Below are positions 35,008 through 43,510 of a stretch of DNA of 64,000 bases, piece by piece. Numbering within the stretch: position 1 is the stretch's first letter; every line of letters begins with the position of its first letter. Source of the stretch: a virus (Duplodnaviria; Caudoviricetes); IMG/VR virus record IMGVR_UViG_3300036778_000062, positions 32,001-96,000 of that record; one strand, given 5' to 3'. A program made the translations under genes and the position numbers. The notes beneath the pieces were generated by a model that had not been told where the DNA came from, did not search any database, and saw nothing but the letters and a program-made list of their open reading frames with translations.

Positions 35008-35463
35008 TTACGAAGAAAACATATCGTTGATGTCGTCAGGCTTGATGCCATACTCAAGCATCAACTTAATTGCGATGGCGACCGAAACTGGAACTGGAGT
35101 TTCATCATTGGCCCACCTTTGTCCTGTGCGGGGAGAGTAGCCAAAAAATTCTCCGGACTCTTCTTGGGATAACCGCAACTCCGAAATTGCTTTGCGGAAT
35201 TGTGCTGGGGCCATTGGTGGCGGCGTTGTAAAGCCCAAATTATTGCATCGGGGGTTTTCTGTTTGAATCGCGAGCGTCTCTGCCTCAAGCGCAGCATCAC
35301 GAGAGGGATAGTCCGTTATTTCAATCTTGCTAACGAGTTTAGCCCACGGCCTCGATGAATGCCTTCCGTTGCGGTAAAGCGCGTTGTTCGATATGCCAAC
35401 ATAGAGCAGTGAACCATCCTTTGCGAACTGTCTATACAACTGACACTTCTCAATATCGTTCAT
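35008..35463 (-). CDS. GIY-YIG nuclease fused to C-terminal HTH
   Basis: LYRQF...LLYVGIS...R..H...E..AI..ENPRCN; then LRLSQEESGEFFGYSPRTGQRW. Confidence 0.82.
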   Translation of the reverse strand: MNDIEKCQLYRQFAKDGSLLYVGISNNALYRNGRHSSRPWAKLVSKIEITDYPSRDAALEAETLAIQTENPRCNNLGFTTPPPMAPAQFRKAISELRLSQEESGEFFGYSPRTGQRWANDETPVPVSVAIAIKLMLEYGIKPDDINDMFSS

Positions 35464-35645
35464 TCAACGTCCTCAGGCTTACATTGATATTTGACCATCA
35501 GCCGCAGCAGCATCGCCACCGACTCTGGCGGTCCCTTAGCTGCGTAGTTCTGGCCGGTGCGCTTTGAGACACCGAGCCAAACGCCAGCGGCCTCTTGGGA
35601 GAGGCCGAGGGACTTTATGATTGTGTTGTACTGCTTGGGGGTCAA
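35460..35645 (-). CDS. Small HTH regulator
   Basis: MTPKQY...LGLSQEAAGVWLGVSKRTGQNY. Confidence 0.82.
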   Translation of the reverse strand: MTPKQYNTIIKSLGLSQEAAGVWLGVSKRTGQNYAAKGPPESVAMLLRLMVKYQCKPEDVE

Positions 35646-35791
35646 CGGCGGGTTTTCTTGGCGGGCTTATTGCGCGTCGTCTTGGTCGGCGCCGCGACCT
35701 TGATATTGGAAAACGGGTTTACCAGTCCAGCATATCGGATCGGCTGGGGTGGCGTCGACATGGCGTTGGCTAGTATCTTGGTCTTGTGCAT
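35642..35791 (-). CDS. Small basic protein (49 aa)
   Basis: AGGAG RBS before ATG 35791; stop overlaps HTH start. Confidence 0.55.
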   Translation of the reverse strand: MHKTKILANAMSTPPQPIRYAGLVNPFSNIKVAAPTKTTRNKPAKKTRR

Positions 35792-35817
35792 TTTGGTTTT
35801 GGCTCCTGTGAATGTTC

Positions 35818-36006
35818 TTAACGCGACCAGCCTTGGCCGAGTCGGCGGGACATCGCGCGACCGACCTGACCGATCAGGATTTCCTTGTGCTTGCTGGTCT
35901 CGAAAGCTTCGACCGAAGCAACGAAGCCGTTTGCAATCGCGAACTTCACCATTTTGTTGTAGGCCTTGAGGGCGCGGGCTTGGCGGTTTGCTTCGGTCTT
36001 GGTCAT
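35818..36006 (-). CDS. Small basic hypothetical protein
   Basis: GGAG RBS; first gene after promoter. Confidence 0.6.
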   Translation of the reverse strand: MTKTEANRQARALKAYNKMVKFAIANGFVASVEAFETSKHKEILIGQVGRAMSRRLGQGWSR

Positions 36007-36041
36007 TTGCTTTCTCCGTTGTTTCCGTCTTCGATGAAAAC

Positions 36042-36080
36042 AACATACGCAATTTTTGCGTAATACGCAAGAGTTGCGTA
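36042..36080 (-). promoter_or_regulatory. sigma70-like promoter with two tandem palindromic operators
   Basis: TTGCGT-N17-TATGTT on - strand; TACGCAA-N3-TTGCGTA at 36046-36062 and 36064-36080. Confidence 0.78.
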
Positions 36081-36258
36081 TATCACGAATTGTTACAGAT
36101 GGTTATTGATCGCCGACATCTAGCCATTGCGACACCAAATATTTGGCTGTAAATCAGCGTGGCCCCCACGCCCAAAACTGGTTTCAACTTCACCCTGTTT
36201 TGCCACCAATTCAGGGTATCCATTGTGGTAAACAATCGTTGATATTGTTGGGGAACTA

Positions 36259-36309
36259 GCCGGCCTGTCACGCCGGAGGTCGCGGGTTCGAGCCCCGTCT
36301 CTCGCGCCA
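36259..36309 (+). tRNA. tRNA-Asp(GTC) 3' fragment = att core (not a complete gene)
   Basis: CCGGC-CTGTCAC-GCCGG anticodon arm, GCGGG-TTCGAGC-CCCGT T arm, CCA end; D arm and 5' acceptor strand missing. Confidence 0.9.
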
Positions 36310-36347
36310 TCATTTCAATGGCTTAGCACCCCTCCCTAAAACCGCTT

Positions 36348-36379
36348 GTCCAAGGTTGGCCGGCTACCTTGGACTTTCT
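36348..36379 (+). terminator. Hairpin downstream of tRNA fragment
   Basis: GTCCAAGGT-N9-ACCTTGGAC-TTTCT. Confidence 0.5.
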
Positions 36380-36606
36380 ACCCGGTTTCGTTCCGCGCTC
36401 CCCGGAGCCCAAAACGGGCTTTCCAGGTGCCTATCGACCCGACGGCTCCCCGAACCACGGCCCGGATCGAAATAGCGCCCACGGGGCCGTTCTGGCCGAT
36501 TCCCAGCCGCTTTAAAGCAAACGCAACCAGCAGCGAGCCATCCCTGTTCCGATCCCAAGGGGTAGGGGCATTTGCGCCGGTCGTGGGCGTGCGCTTTGAT
36601 GGTGGG

Positions 36607-37062
36607 ATGTCGCCCCGGATTATCACCCTCCCGCTCTCAGGCCGTGACCGCAAGCATTACATCCGCGAGCTGCGCATGGCCGTGCAGCAGCATCCGGTCG
36701 TCGTGCGCCAGGCTGCGGAGGCGCGCGCTGTCGCCGATCGGCTGGAATGCGAGGAATGGAGTATTCGCCAGTTTATCGGCGGCCCGGCCGAGCCGTCGCC
36801 CTCGATCGCTCAGGCCCTCAATGCTGGCCGGGACCTCCTCGAGGTGCGCTGTCGGCGCTGCAATCACGGCGACTACATTGCGCTCGCCGACTTGGTGCTG
36901 CCGCGAGAGCGGCCGGTCCACACGCTAGCCAAAGTGCTGGCCTGCCAACCCTGCTCGAGGAACGGCCGGCCCAAGCAGCGGCCGGATCTGGTCGCCCTGA
37001 TCGAGCAGCCCGCGAATGATCCGGCCGGGCCGGCCAAGGCGGCACGCGCTCAAAAGGGCTGA
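36607..37062 (+). CDS. Zn-ribbon protein preceding SRAP
   Basis: SPSIAQALNAG..LLEVRCRRC...LACQPC. Confidence 0.75.
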   Translation: MSPRIITLPLSGRDRKHYIRELRMAVQQHPVVVRQAAEARAVADRLECEEWSIRQFIGGPAEPSPSIAQALNAGRDLLEVRCRRCNHGDYIALADLVLPRERPVHTLAKVLACQPCSRNGRPKQRPDLVALIEQPANDPAGPAKAARAQKG

Positions 37063-37065
37063 ACG

Positions 37066-37731
37066 ATGTGTAATCTCTATTCGATTACCACGAATCAGGC
37101 GGCGATCGCGGCGCTCTTCCGCCGCTTGAACCGGTATGCCGGCAATCTCGCGCCGATGCCGGGGGTGTTTCCAGACTATCCAGCGCCGGTCATCCGCAAT
37201 GCCGGCGGTGACGCCGAAGAGATGGAGATGATGCGTTGGGGCATGCCGCCACCGCCGCGCGCCGGCGGCTTCCCCGTCACCAACATTCGCAACACCGCCT
37301 CGCCGCATTGGCGCGCATGGCTTAAGCGGGAGAACCGTTGCCTGGTCCCGGCAAACAGCTTCGCCGAATACGCACCCGAGCCGAATCCCGCGACGAAGAA
37401 AAAGGATGTCGTGTGGTTCGCGCTTAACGATGATCGCCCGCTTTTCACCTTCGCCGGGATATGGACCGAGTTCAAAGGCGATCGAGGAACGAAATCCAAG
37501 CCGATCGCGGGACCGCATCTGGTCTACGGTTTCCTTACCACCGAGCCGAATGCCGTGGTCGCCCCGATCCATCCCAAGGCCATGCCGGTAATCCTGACCA
37601 CCGAAGAGGAGCGCAACGTCTGGATGCGCGCGCCATGGGACGAAGCCAAATCGTTACAGCGACCATTGCCGGACGATGCGCTGAAGATCGTGATGCGCGG
37701 TGCGGACAAGGAAGACAGGGCCGCAGCATGA
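37066..37731 (+). CDS. SRAP family abasic-site processing protein (YedK/HMCES-like)
   Basis: N-terminal [35 protein letters not shown]. Confidence 0.95.
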   Translation: MCNLYSITTNQAAIAALFRRLNRYAGNLAPMPGVFPDYPAPVIRNAGGDAEEMEMMRWGMPPPPRAGGFPVTNIRNTASPHWRAWLKRENRCLVPANSFAEYAPEPNPATKKKDVVWFALNDDRPLFTFAGIWTEFKGDRGTKSKPIAGPHLVYGFLTTEPNAVVAPIHPKAMPVILTTEEERNVWMRAPWDEAKSLQRPLPDDALKIVMRGADKEDRAAA

Positions 37732-37991
37732 AATTCGTCGAACACAGCCGCTATGCGGATCCCGAGGCCGCGGCTCGCCTCATAATGGAAATCGCAAACT
37801 CGGTTGAACCCGTGCAGGATGGCCGGATCCACGTCGAGAAGATCAACGAGCCTTTTCTGTTTAAACACAAGGGGGCGCCGGCGGAGTATGGCGCTGGCAT
37901 GAAGCTGGCGATCGCGCGCGGCTGGCTCTGGATGCACGAGAGCGGAACCTTTGTGAAGTTCACGCCCGCCGGCGCCGAGCTATTCGCATGA
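37728..37991 (+). CDS. Small winged-helix-like protein
   Basis: ADPEAAAR...[18 protein letters not shown]; ATGA overlap. Confidence 0.75.
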   Translation: MKFVEHSRYADPEAAARLIMEIANSVEPVQDGRIHVEKINEPFLFKHKGAPAEYGAGMKLAIARGWLWMHESGTFVKFTPAGAELFA

Positions 37992-38185
37992 AGTGTCATT
38001 TTTGCGCGGATGTGGGCTGGGTCTGCGAGAACCATCCGTACATGCCTTGGGGAGACCATCCGGGCGCTTGCGACTGTAGCGGCGCCGGCATTCCGTGCGC
38101 TCGCTGCAATCCGTGCGACGCGTTGAACCCGCCGCGGCCGCCGGCCGGCTTTGTCGACGGCGAGGACGGCGGAACCCGCCATTAA
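37988..38185 (+). CDS. Small Cys-rich protein
   Basis: CHFC..GWVCENHP..PW...CDC.GAG.PC..C. Confidence 0.7.
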   Translation: MKCHFCADVGWVCENHPYMPWGDHPGACDCSGAGIPCARCNPCDALNPPRPPAGFVDGEDGGTRH

Positions 38186-38249
38186 AGTGCGATTCGTAAT
38201 TGCCTATCCCCGTGCCTATTTGGGCCTGGGGGCCATAGGAAAAATTACC

Positions 38250-38435
38250 ATGTTTAGATTGATTCAGCGCTCCCGGCCGCCCTACGAATTTAGGAAGTCC
38301 CTCTTCAGGGAGCTCGACGAGGCCGTTTGGGCCGCGCGTGAAAGCCATGGCGACTACCTTATCGAGGAAACGTCCGAGACCGGAGCATCTTTGGCGGTCA
38401 AGAAATATCGGCTTGGCAAGTTTGAGATGGGTTGA
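38250..38435 (+). CDS. Hypothetical protein
   Basis: AGGA upstream of ATG 38250. Confidence 0.45.
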   Translation: MFRLIQRSRPPYEFRKSLFRELDEAVWAARESHGDYLIEETSETGASLAVKKYRLGKFEMG

Positions 38436-38506
38436 GTGTCTTGCCGGAGTCAATCGCGCCGATTCAGTTCGCATTCGACGGCATCAGTGAGGCAAAAAGG
38501 ACGAAG

Positions 38507-38773
38507 ATGACATACGACGTTTTTGGTCCATTCCTGCGGGTGGATACGTGGCACACCGATCATCCCGGGGATGAACGATGTTTTTATCGCTGCCTTGCGC
38601 AAGTCGTTGAAGATCCCGACTTCGATCCGCAGGCTATGGGCAATTACATGCGCGCCGCGAAGAAGATTGCGAAAGATGACCATGATCATCATTTTGCGCA
38701 GACAATTCGCGATCTGGTTACAAAGGCCTGTGCCATTCGCGATTTTCTCGAAGTAAAGAAAGAACAGGGGTAA
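38507..38773 (+). CDS. Hypothetical protein
   Basis: AAGGA RBS; TWHTDHP.DE..FY motif. Confidence 0.65.
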   Translation: MTYDVFGPFLRVDTWHTDHPGDERCFYRCLAQVVEDPDFDPQAMGNYMRAAKKIAKDDHDHHFAQTIRDLVTKACAIRDFLEVKKEQG

Positions 38774-38786
38774 AATTCGGGTCTTG

Positions 38787-39080
38787 ATGGCGCGCGAGAC
38801 GAGCGGCTGGCAGAAGAAGTTCGCCGCGCCAATTGACGCCGGCGGCAAGTCGCTCCGCACTCTGCGCGATGCAGGCCACTACGTCACGAAGCTCCCGAAG
38901 GCGACCGCCGAACTGCCGCACTGGCAGAACGCCACGAAGTACCTGATCGAAGCGGCCAAACACCCGTTCTTCGTGATGGTTGCCGAGATTGCGATGCGGA
39001 CCGCGCTCAATCACGGCAAGCCGCCGCCGGATCCGGAGCCGCGTCGCAAGAGCACAAAAAAATATCGAGTCATTAGGTAA
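38787..39080 (+). CDS. Bradyrhizobium-type conserved hypothetical protein
   Basis: W...F..PI...LRTLRDAGHYVTKLPK...WQ.A...LIEAA. Confidence 0.75.
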   Translation: MARETSGWQKKFAAPIDAGGKSLRTLRDAGHYVTKLPKATAELPHWQNATKYLIEAAKHPFFVMVAEIAMRTALNHGKPPPDPEPRRKSTKKYRVIR

Positions 39081-39125
39081 AATTGTAGTTGCTCTCGCCT
39101 CTAGGTTGAGGCAACCCTTCGCGCT

Positions 39126-40574
39126 GTGAATTTCAAGGGGGCCGATACTTCGGCGGGGGCGGCGGGGGCCGTTCAGTTCGCAGTCGCGAAACATGACGTA
39201 CAGAGCCGCTTCGACGCGGCTTTGCTCGTGACGCTGGGACTCGTCGCGGCCTATTTCCTCATCTATCCGGTTTGGCGCTCGCAATTCCTGATTGAAATTT
39301 GGTTCACCGAAGGGTGGAACGCCTATTTCCAGGACATGGCAGCGGCTGGCGGTAGGATCTATCCTTCACCCAACGACCTGATCATCAATAACTATCCACC
39401 GCTTTCGTTCTATGCAGTTGGCCTGCTCGGCAAGGCGGCCGGCATTGACAATCTGTTTTTGGGGCGGGCGATATCTCTGGCCTCTCTCATCGGCACGGCC
39501 CTAGGGATTTTTTCCTGCATCCGCACGCTGACCTGCAGCCGAGTGGATGCTGCTCTCGGATCGCTTTGGTTTGTCGCGATCATGTCCCACAACTTCACGT
39601 CCTATGTGGGCGCGAACGATCCCCAGCTTACCGGCGAGGCCATCATGACTGGCGGTCTCGCTTGGATGTTGGCCAGAAACAGAACGGGGCGATCTGCGTT
39701 CGGCCCCTTGCTCATCATGGTGGTCGGCGGATTCTGGAAACACAACATGATCGCAATCCCGCTAACGGCTGTGATCTGGCTGTCGGCACGAAGGGGGCGC
39801 GCAGCGGTGCCGGCGATCGCCGCAAGCGCAGCCGCTGCGGCCGTCGGCCTGGCGGCCTGCGGGTTCATTTTCGGAATGGACTTCTTCCGCAATCTCTTTG
39901 TTGCGCGCAATTATTCGGTCGACCACATCCTCGGCAACATCGGCCACCTGCAATGGTGCGCGCTTGCCGGGCTGATTTGGCTGTCATGGCTGATGACGAG
40001 CAGAAGCATCGGAGCGAAGTTCACGTCACTGCATGTTCCGATCGCTCTGGCGTCGTGCCTGATGCAATGGCTTGGCGACAAGGTGTTTGGCAACGCCGAG
40101 TTCGATCTGATCATCGCTCTGGCGATCGCCGTAGGCGTAACGTGCGCGGAGATCGAGAGCTGCTCCCTCACTCGCTACACGGGAATGGCGGCGGCTAAGG
40201 TCGCTGTCGTCGCAATGCTTGTCGTCAGACTATTGGCCACCGATCGTCAGGAACCGCTACTGGTGATGTTCGATCAGAATTTCCGTTCTCTCTTTCACCA
40301 AGGCGAACAGTCGGTCCGTAACGAGGCGCAGCAAATCGCTGCGATCGAGGGGGACGTCTGGTGCTTTTACAAAGTGGTTTGCCGCGCAGCTGGAAAACCC
40401 TTCGTGGTCGATGATTTCCTGCTCGACGAGTTGGTGGCAACACGGACGATGGGACAATCCGATGTCGACGATCTTCTTCGTGCACGACACATCACCGTTC
40501 TCCACAACAGGCCCGTCGATGCCGTCACGTTGGACACATCTTTGTCGCACGCGGTGGTTCGTGCGAGACCCTAA
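39126..40574 (+). CDS. Polytopic membrane GT-C-like glycosyltransferase (moron)
   Basis: About 10 TM segments; EGWNAY and NNYPPLSFY loop, WKHN. Confidence 0.7.
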   Translation: MNFKGADTSAGAAGAVQFAVAKHDVQSRFDAALLVTLGLVAAYFLIYPVWRSQFLIEIWFTEGWNAYFQDMAAAGGRIYPSPNDLIINNYPPLSFYAVGLLGKAAGIDNLFLGRAISLASLIGTALGIFSCIRTLTCSRVDAALGSLWFVAIMSHNFTSYVGANDPQLTGEAIMTGGLAWMLARNRTGRSAFGPLLIMVVGGFWKHNMIAIPLTAVIWLSARRGRAAVPAIAASAAAAAVGLAACGFIFGMDFFRNLFVARNYSVDHILGNIGHLQWCALAGLIWLSWLMTSRSIGAKFTSLHVPIALASCLMQWLGDKVFGNAEFDLIIALAIAVGVTCAEIESCSLTRYTGMAAAKVAVVAMLVVRLLATDRQEPLLVMFDQNFRSLFHQGEQSVRNEAQQIAAIEGDVWCFYKVVCRAAGKPFVVDDFLLDELVATRTMGQSDVDDLLRARHITVLHNRPVDAVTLDTSLSHAVVRARP

Positions 40575-40616
40575 AAGAGGAAGCGCCGCTCGAAGGCGCA
40601 AGATCGGAGCTATACT

Positions 40617-40865
40617 TTGGATTTTCATTGGGTGCAGCAGGATGGCGAGTGGCTGCTTAAACCATCCATGATCTCGGTCAGGTCGAACGACAGTTTTTTC
40701 TTCGTGATCCACGTCGGCGATCGTCCCTTGAACGCTCGATACACAAGCGAGCAAGGCGCGAAACTAGATGCGTGGGAGTTCGCCAAGAGCAAGGCACAAG
40801 CGCTGTTCGGCGTCCGGGATATTCGTCTGGTGTCAGAAACGACAAAAAAGCCCCCGGCGCCCTGA
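40617..40865 (+). CDS. Hypothetical protein
   Basis: GGAG upstream of TTG; ends at terminator. Confidence 0.45.
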   Translation: MDFHWVQQDGEWLLKPSMISVRSNDSFFFVIHVGDRPLNARYTSEQGAKLDAWEFAKSKAQALFGVRDIRLVSETTKKPPAP

Positions 40866-40885
40866 AAGGGGCAACCGGGGGCCTT
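40844..40885 (-). terminator. Terminator of prophage 2 late operon
   Basis: GCCCCCGG...CCGGGGGC stem followed by T6 on - strand. Confidence 0.75.
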
Positions 40886-40906
40886 GAGCGGTCATGGAGC
40901 TCGAGA

Positions 40907-41266
40907 TCAAATATCGGTCTTTGAACTCTTTCGATTGGCGCGCCGTCTTAACAGCGCGGTTATACTGGCAAGCGTCGCAGAGGTCGTGTCCAGTTTGGAG
41001 TTCACCGCAGCGATCGCCGTTTTGATGTTTTCAATATCGAGGTGCATCTCAACCAGGTGCTGGACCAGCCACGGGCTCTCAATCTGAACCGGGACCGGGA
41101 CCGGCGCCGGTTGAGTCACTGGCGATTCCGGCGGCCGCGGCGTCTGACGCCGGATCGCGGCGCCGGCGAGCACCGCCGCGATCACCAGCACCAGGATCGC
41201 GACCGCCCCCTGAACCAGCGGCCACTCGTGAAGAACCTCAAAGGCCTGCTTTATCAAGTCGCCCAT
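40907..41266 (-). CDS. Membrane-anchored Pro-linker/coiled-coil protein
   Basis: One TM, Pro-rich linker, heptads. Confidence 0.65.
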   Translation of the reverse strand: MGDLIKQAFEVLHEWPLVQGAVAILVLVIAAVLAGAAIRRQTPRPPESPVTQPAPVPVPVQIESPWLVQHLVEMHLDIENIKTAIAAVNSKLDTTSATLASITALLRRRANRKSSKTDI

Positions 41267-41687
41267 AGTCCACCAGCGCGCGGCACATCGCGATCAACTC
41301 GACGATCGTGAGAACGAGATAAACCCAAATGCCGGGCGAAGGTGGATTTCCGGTGTTGCAGTGATAGAGCACGAGTGAGGTGCACATCTGCGCCCACAAT
41401 GAAGCGCCGACAATTGCACCGCACGCGCGGAGCTTTGGGCCATAGATCGGCCATGTACCGTTCGCGACCAGCGCTGCGAACCGCAGGATTCCGCCGATCG
41501 CAAACAGCGGCACCAACCAGACGGGCCCGGTCATCTGGAGCAAGAACCGGAAGATCGATGCTCTGATCGACTCGGGCCATATCGTGATGTGGATGCTAAG
41601 CGCGATCATCATGCCGCTGGTCGCCAGTTCGAAAAGTCGGTTCTCGAAGTGACGCAGCGTGATGTGGATCAGCTTGTCGAGGGTCAT
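41238..41687 (-). CDS. Four-TM membrane protein, lysis region
   Basis: Hydrophobic segments; LRFAALVANG.W...P.LR. Confidence 0.7.
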   Translation of the reverse strand: MTLDKLIHITLRHFENRLFELATSGMMIALSIHITIWPESIRASIFRFLLQMTGPVWLVPLFAIGGILRFAALVANGTWPIYGPKLRACGAIVGASLWAQMCTSLVLYHCNTGNPPSPGIWVYLVLTIVELIAMCRALVDYGRLDKAGL

Positions 41688-41723
41688 CGCCAGCGTCTCT
41701 CAGCCGTGATCAGTAGCCCGAAC

Positions 41724-42665
41724 CTATTTAATCGGAGCGAGAATGGCCGCAGCGCCCGCTAGACCAGCGGCTCCTGCTACGCCCGCAACGGCCGGCTGCA
41801 CGGCGCCGTTAACGGTGCCTTGGATCCAGTTCTGGCAGGCAGTCGGACCACCAGCCAGGACGAACTCCCGAAACTTCTGAAACAGTGTAACGAGCCCGGG
41901 ATTGTAGGCAGGGACGGCTGCGACAGCAGAAATCGCCGACGTGGTTGCGGTCGCAGGCTGCTCCGGTACTGCCACGATGGCCGGCTTGGCAATTCCGGCC
42001 TGGATGATCGCCAAGCCCGGCTTGAGACATTGGATCGCCGTCTGATCGCCGCCGCCGTCGAAGGCCTGCGCCGATGCCAGCGCAGTCTCGGTATCAGCAG
42101 CGAGCGTCGAATTCGCGTCTGTGACGCAAGCCTTGATGACCTGCTTAAGATTCTTCGGGTTCAGCAGCAGGAAGATGTTGAAGTCGCACTGGATTGATCC
42201 ATCCTCATTCTTGGTGACGCCGGCTTTGTCCGAGATGCCGAGGTCGGTGCGAATATCCTTGACGATGTTGCCGGTCACTGCCGGCTTCTTGATCTGCGCC
42301 TCGGCATACGCATCGCCGGCGCTGGCGACGAGCACAAACGCCCCCATTACGATCGCGGCGACGACCGCCACGGCCTTGGCCGTGCTCGAGGAGGGGGAAG
42401 GCGCGGGTGTCGTCGGGGTAATAGTCCCGGAAATCAGCGCATCGTCCTTCTTCTCCGAACCCTTGGAGGATCCGAAGAAGAAGGAATAGACGTCTTTGAG
42501 GCATGCGATCAGAACGCCTACGATCGTCATCAGCACGCCGCTTGTCCGCTCATCGATGACGGGCGGGTGCAGGATCAAGATCAGCACGACGACAGCGATC
42601 AACAGGATTATCGCCATCGCAAGGAAGCCCTGGGTATCGGGAAGCCAGAACGGTTTGGGGGTCAC
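41724..42665 (-). CDS. Holin-like N-terminus fused to predicted periplasmic domain
   Basis: Two TMs + FFFGSSKGSEKKD, third TM ending AYA, 4-Cys soluble domain. Confidence 0.65.
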   Translation of the reverse strand: MTPKPFWLPDTQGFLAMAIILLIAVVVLILILHPPVIDERTSGVLMTIVGVLIACLKDVYSFFFGSSKGSEKKDDALISGTITPTTPAPSPSSSTAKAVAVVAAIVMGAFVLVASAGDAYAEAQIKKPAVTGNIVKDIRTDLGISDKAGVTKNEDGSIQCDFNIFLLLNPKNLKQVIKACVTDANSTLAADTETALASAQAFDGGGDQTAIQCLKPGLAIIQAGIAKPAIVAVPEQPATATTSAISAVAAVPAYNPGLVTLFQKFREFVLAGGPTACQNWIQGTVNGAVQPAVAGVAGAAGLAGAAAILAPIK

Positions 42666-43330
42666 GCTACTTTCTCCTGTGTTGCGACGACCGACAGCGC
42701 GGTCTCGTAAAGATCAATGTGATGCCAGGCGAAGATTCCGTTCTGCACGAACTCATCGTCATGGGGTTTGCAGCACACCGGCACGATGGGGGTCGGGTGC
42801 ACGTATTGCTCCGGCGGAAATGAGAAGGGGACGTCAGTGACCAGGTCATGATGCAGCTCGTCGCCATTGCGATAGCTGCGCGCCGGCACGTCCTTGATCA
42901 CCTTGGCGAAGTCGAGAAGGCCCGGCTTCGGTTCGCCGAGCACGACGCGGGCCGCCGGCGGCGTACCGTCGGCGACCATCAATGCGGTGAGAACATCGGC
43001 GCGCGCGGCGCCGAGTGAATGTCCGGTGACGACAACCGGTTGCGATACCATCGGTCGGATCTCGAACCATGCGTGCTCCATGCCGGCGTAGAATCCGGTA
43101 TGGACGTGGCCGATGCGCGAGGGCAGGGCGAGCGCGCGGAAGTCCCGCAGCCAGTCCTGGATCGTGGTTGAGCCGCGGAAGACCACGAGGTCGACGCCGT
43201 CGAGGCGCTTCAATGCCCAGCAGATGCCGTCATCGAGACCGGCATCATAGTGGTCGAAGCCTTCGACGATCGCCATTGGGCTATAAATGAGCCCGCAATA
43301 GGAGGCGATCAGCGCGTCAGGTGGCGTCAA
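42662..43330 (-). CDS. Lipase class 3 (alpha/beta hydrolase)
   Basis: VFRGS, VHTGF, VTGHSLGAA, DLVTDVP, HHIDLY. Confidence 0.92.
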   Translation of the reverse strand: MTPPDALIASYCGLIYSPMAIVEGFDHYDAGLDDGICWALKRLDGVDLVVFRGSTTIQDWLRDFRALALPSRIGHVHTGFYAGMEHAWFEIRPMVSQPVVVTGHSLGAARADVLTALMVADGTPPAARVVLGEPKPGLLDFAKVIKDVPARSYRNGDELHHDLVTDVPFSFPPEQYVHPTPIVPVCCKPHDDEFVQNGIFAWHHIDLYETALSVVATQEKVA

Positions 43331-43509
43331 CGATGCACCTTGCCGTGACGACGCTCCGGATGCGGCCGCGGCGCCGCCAACGGCGTGCGGTGGCTGCCAT
43401 AGATATCCGCGCCGAGCAGCGCGCGGGCGAGATCGGCCTGGGTGAACTTCTTTGCTGAGGCCGGCGATACGAACGCTGCGACGAGCGCGAGAGCGATCAG
43501 TGTTCGCAT
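43327..43509 (-). CDS. Small secreted basic peptide
   Basis: Signal peptide MRTLIALALVAAFVSPASA. Confidence 0.6.
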   Translation of the reverse strand: MRTLIALALVAAFVSPASAKKFTQADLARALLGADIYGSHRTPLAAPRPHPERRHGKVHR

Positions 43510-43510
43510 G

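Larger units (their letters stand above)
1..36309 (+). mobile_element. Prophage 1, HK97-like siphovirus, late region to right end (extends beyond left edge of window)
   Basis: Canonical order HNH-terS-terL-portal-protease-capsid-neck-tail-TMP-tip-fibre-lysis; ends at tRNA-Asp 3' fragment. Confidence 0.95.

Noticed and set aside
36230-36309. Complete tRNA-Asp gene
   Set aside because: Sequence upstream of the anticodon stem cannot form the D arm or the acceptor 5' strand; it is an att fragment.
36400-36606. LexA box upstream of the SRAP unit
   Set aside because: No GTTC-N7-GTTC or GAAC-N7-GAAC match found by eye.
35000-37100. Integrase next to the att site
   Set aside because: No tyrosine or serine recombinase ORF on either side; integrases are presumably at the distal prophage ends outside the window.
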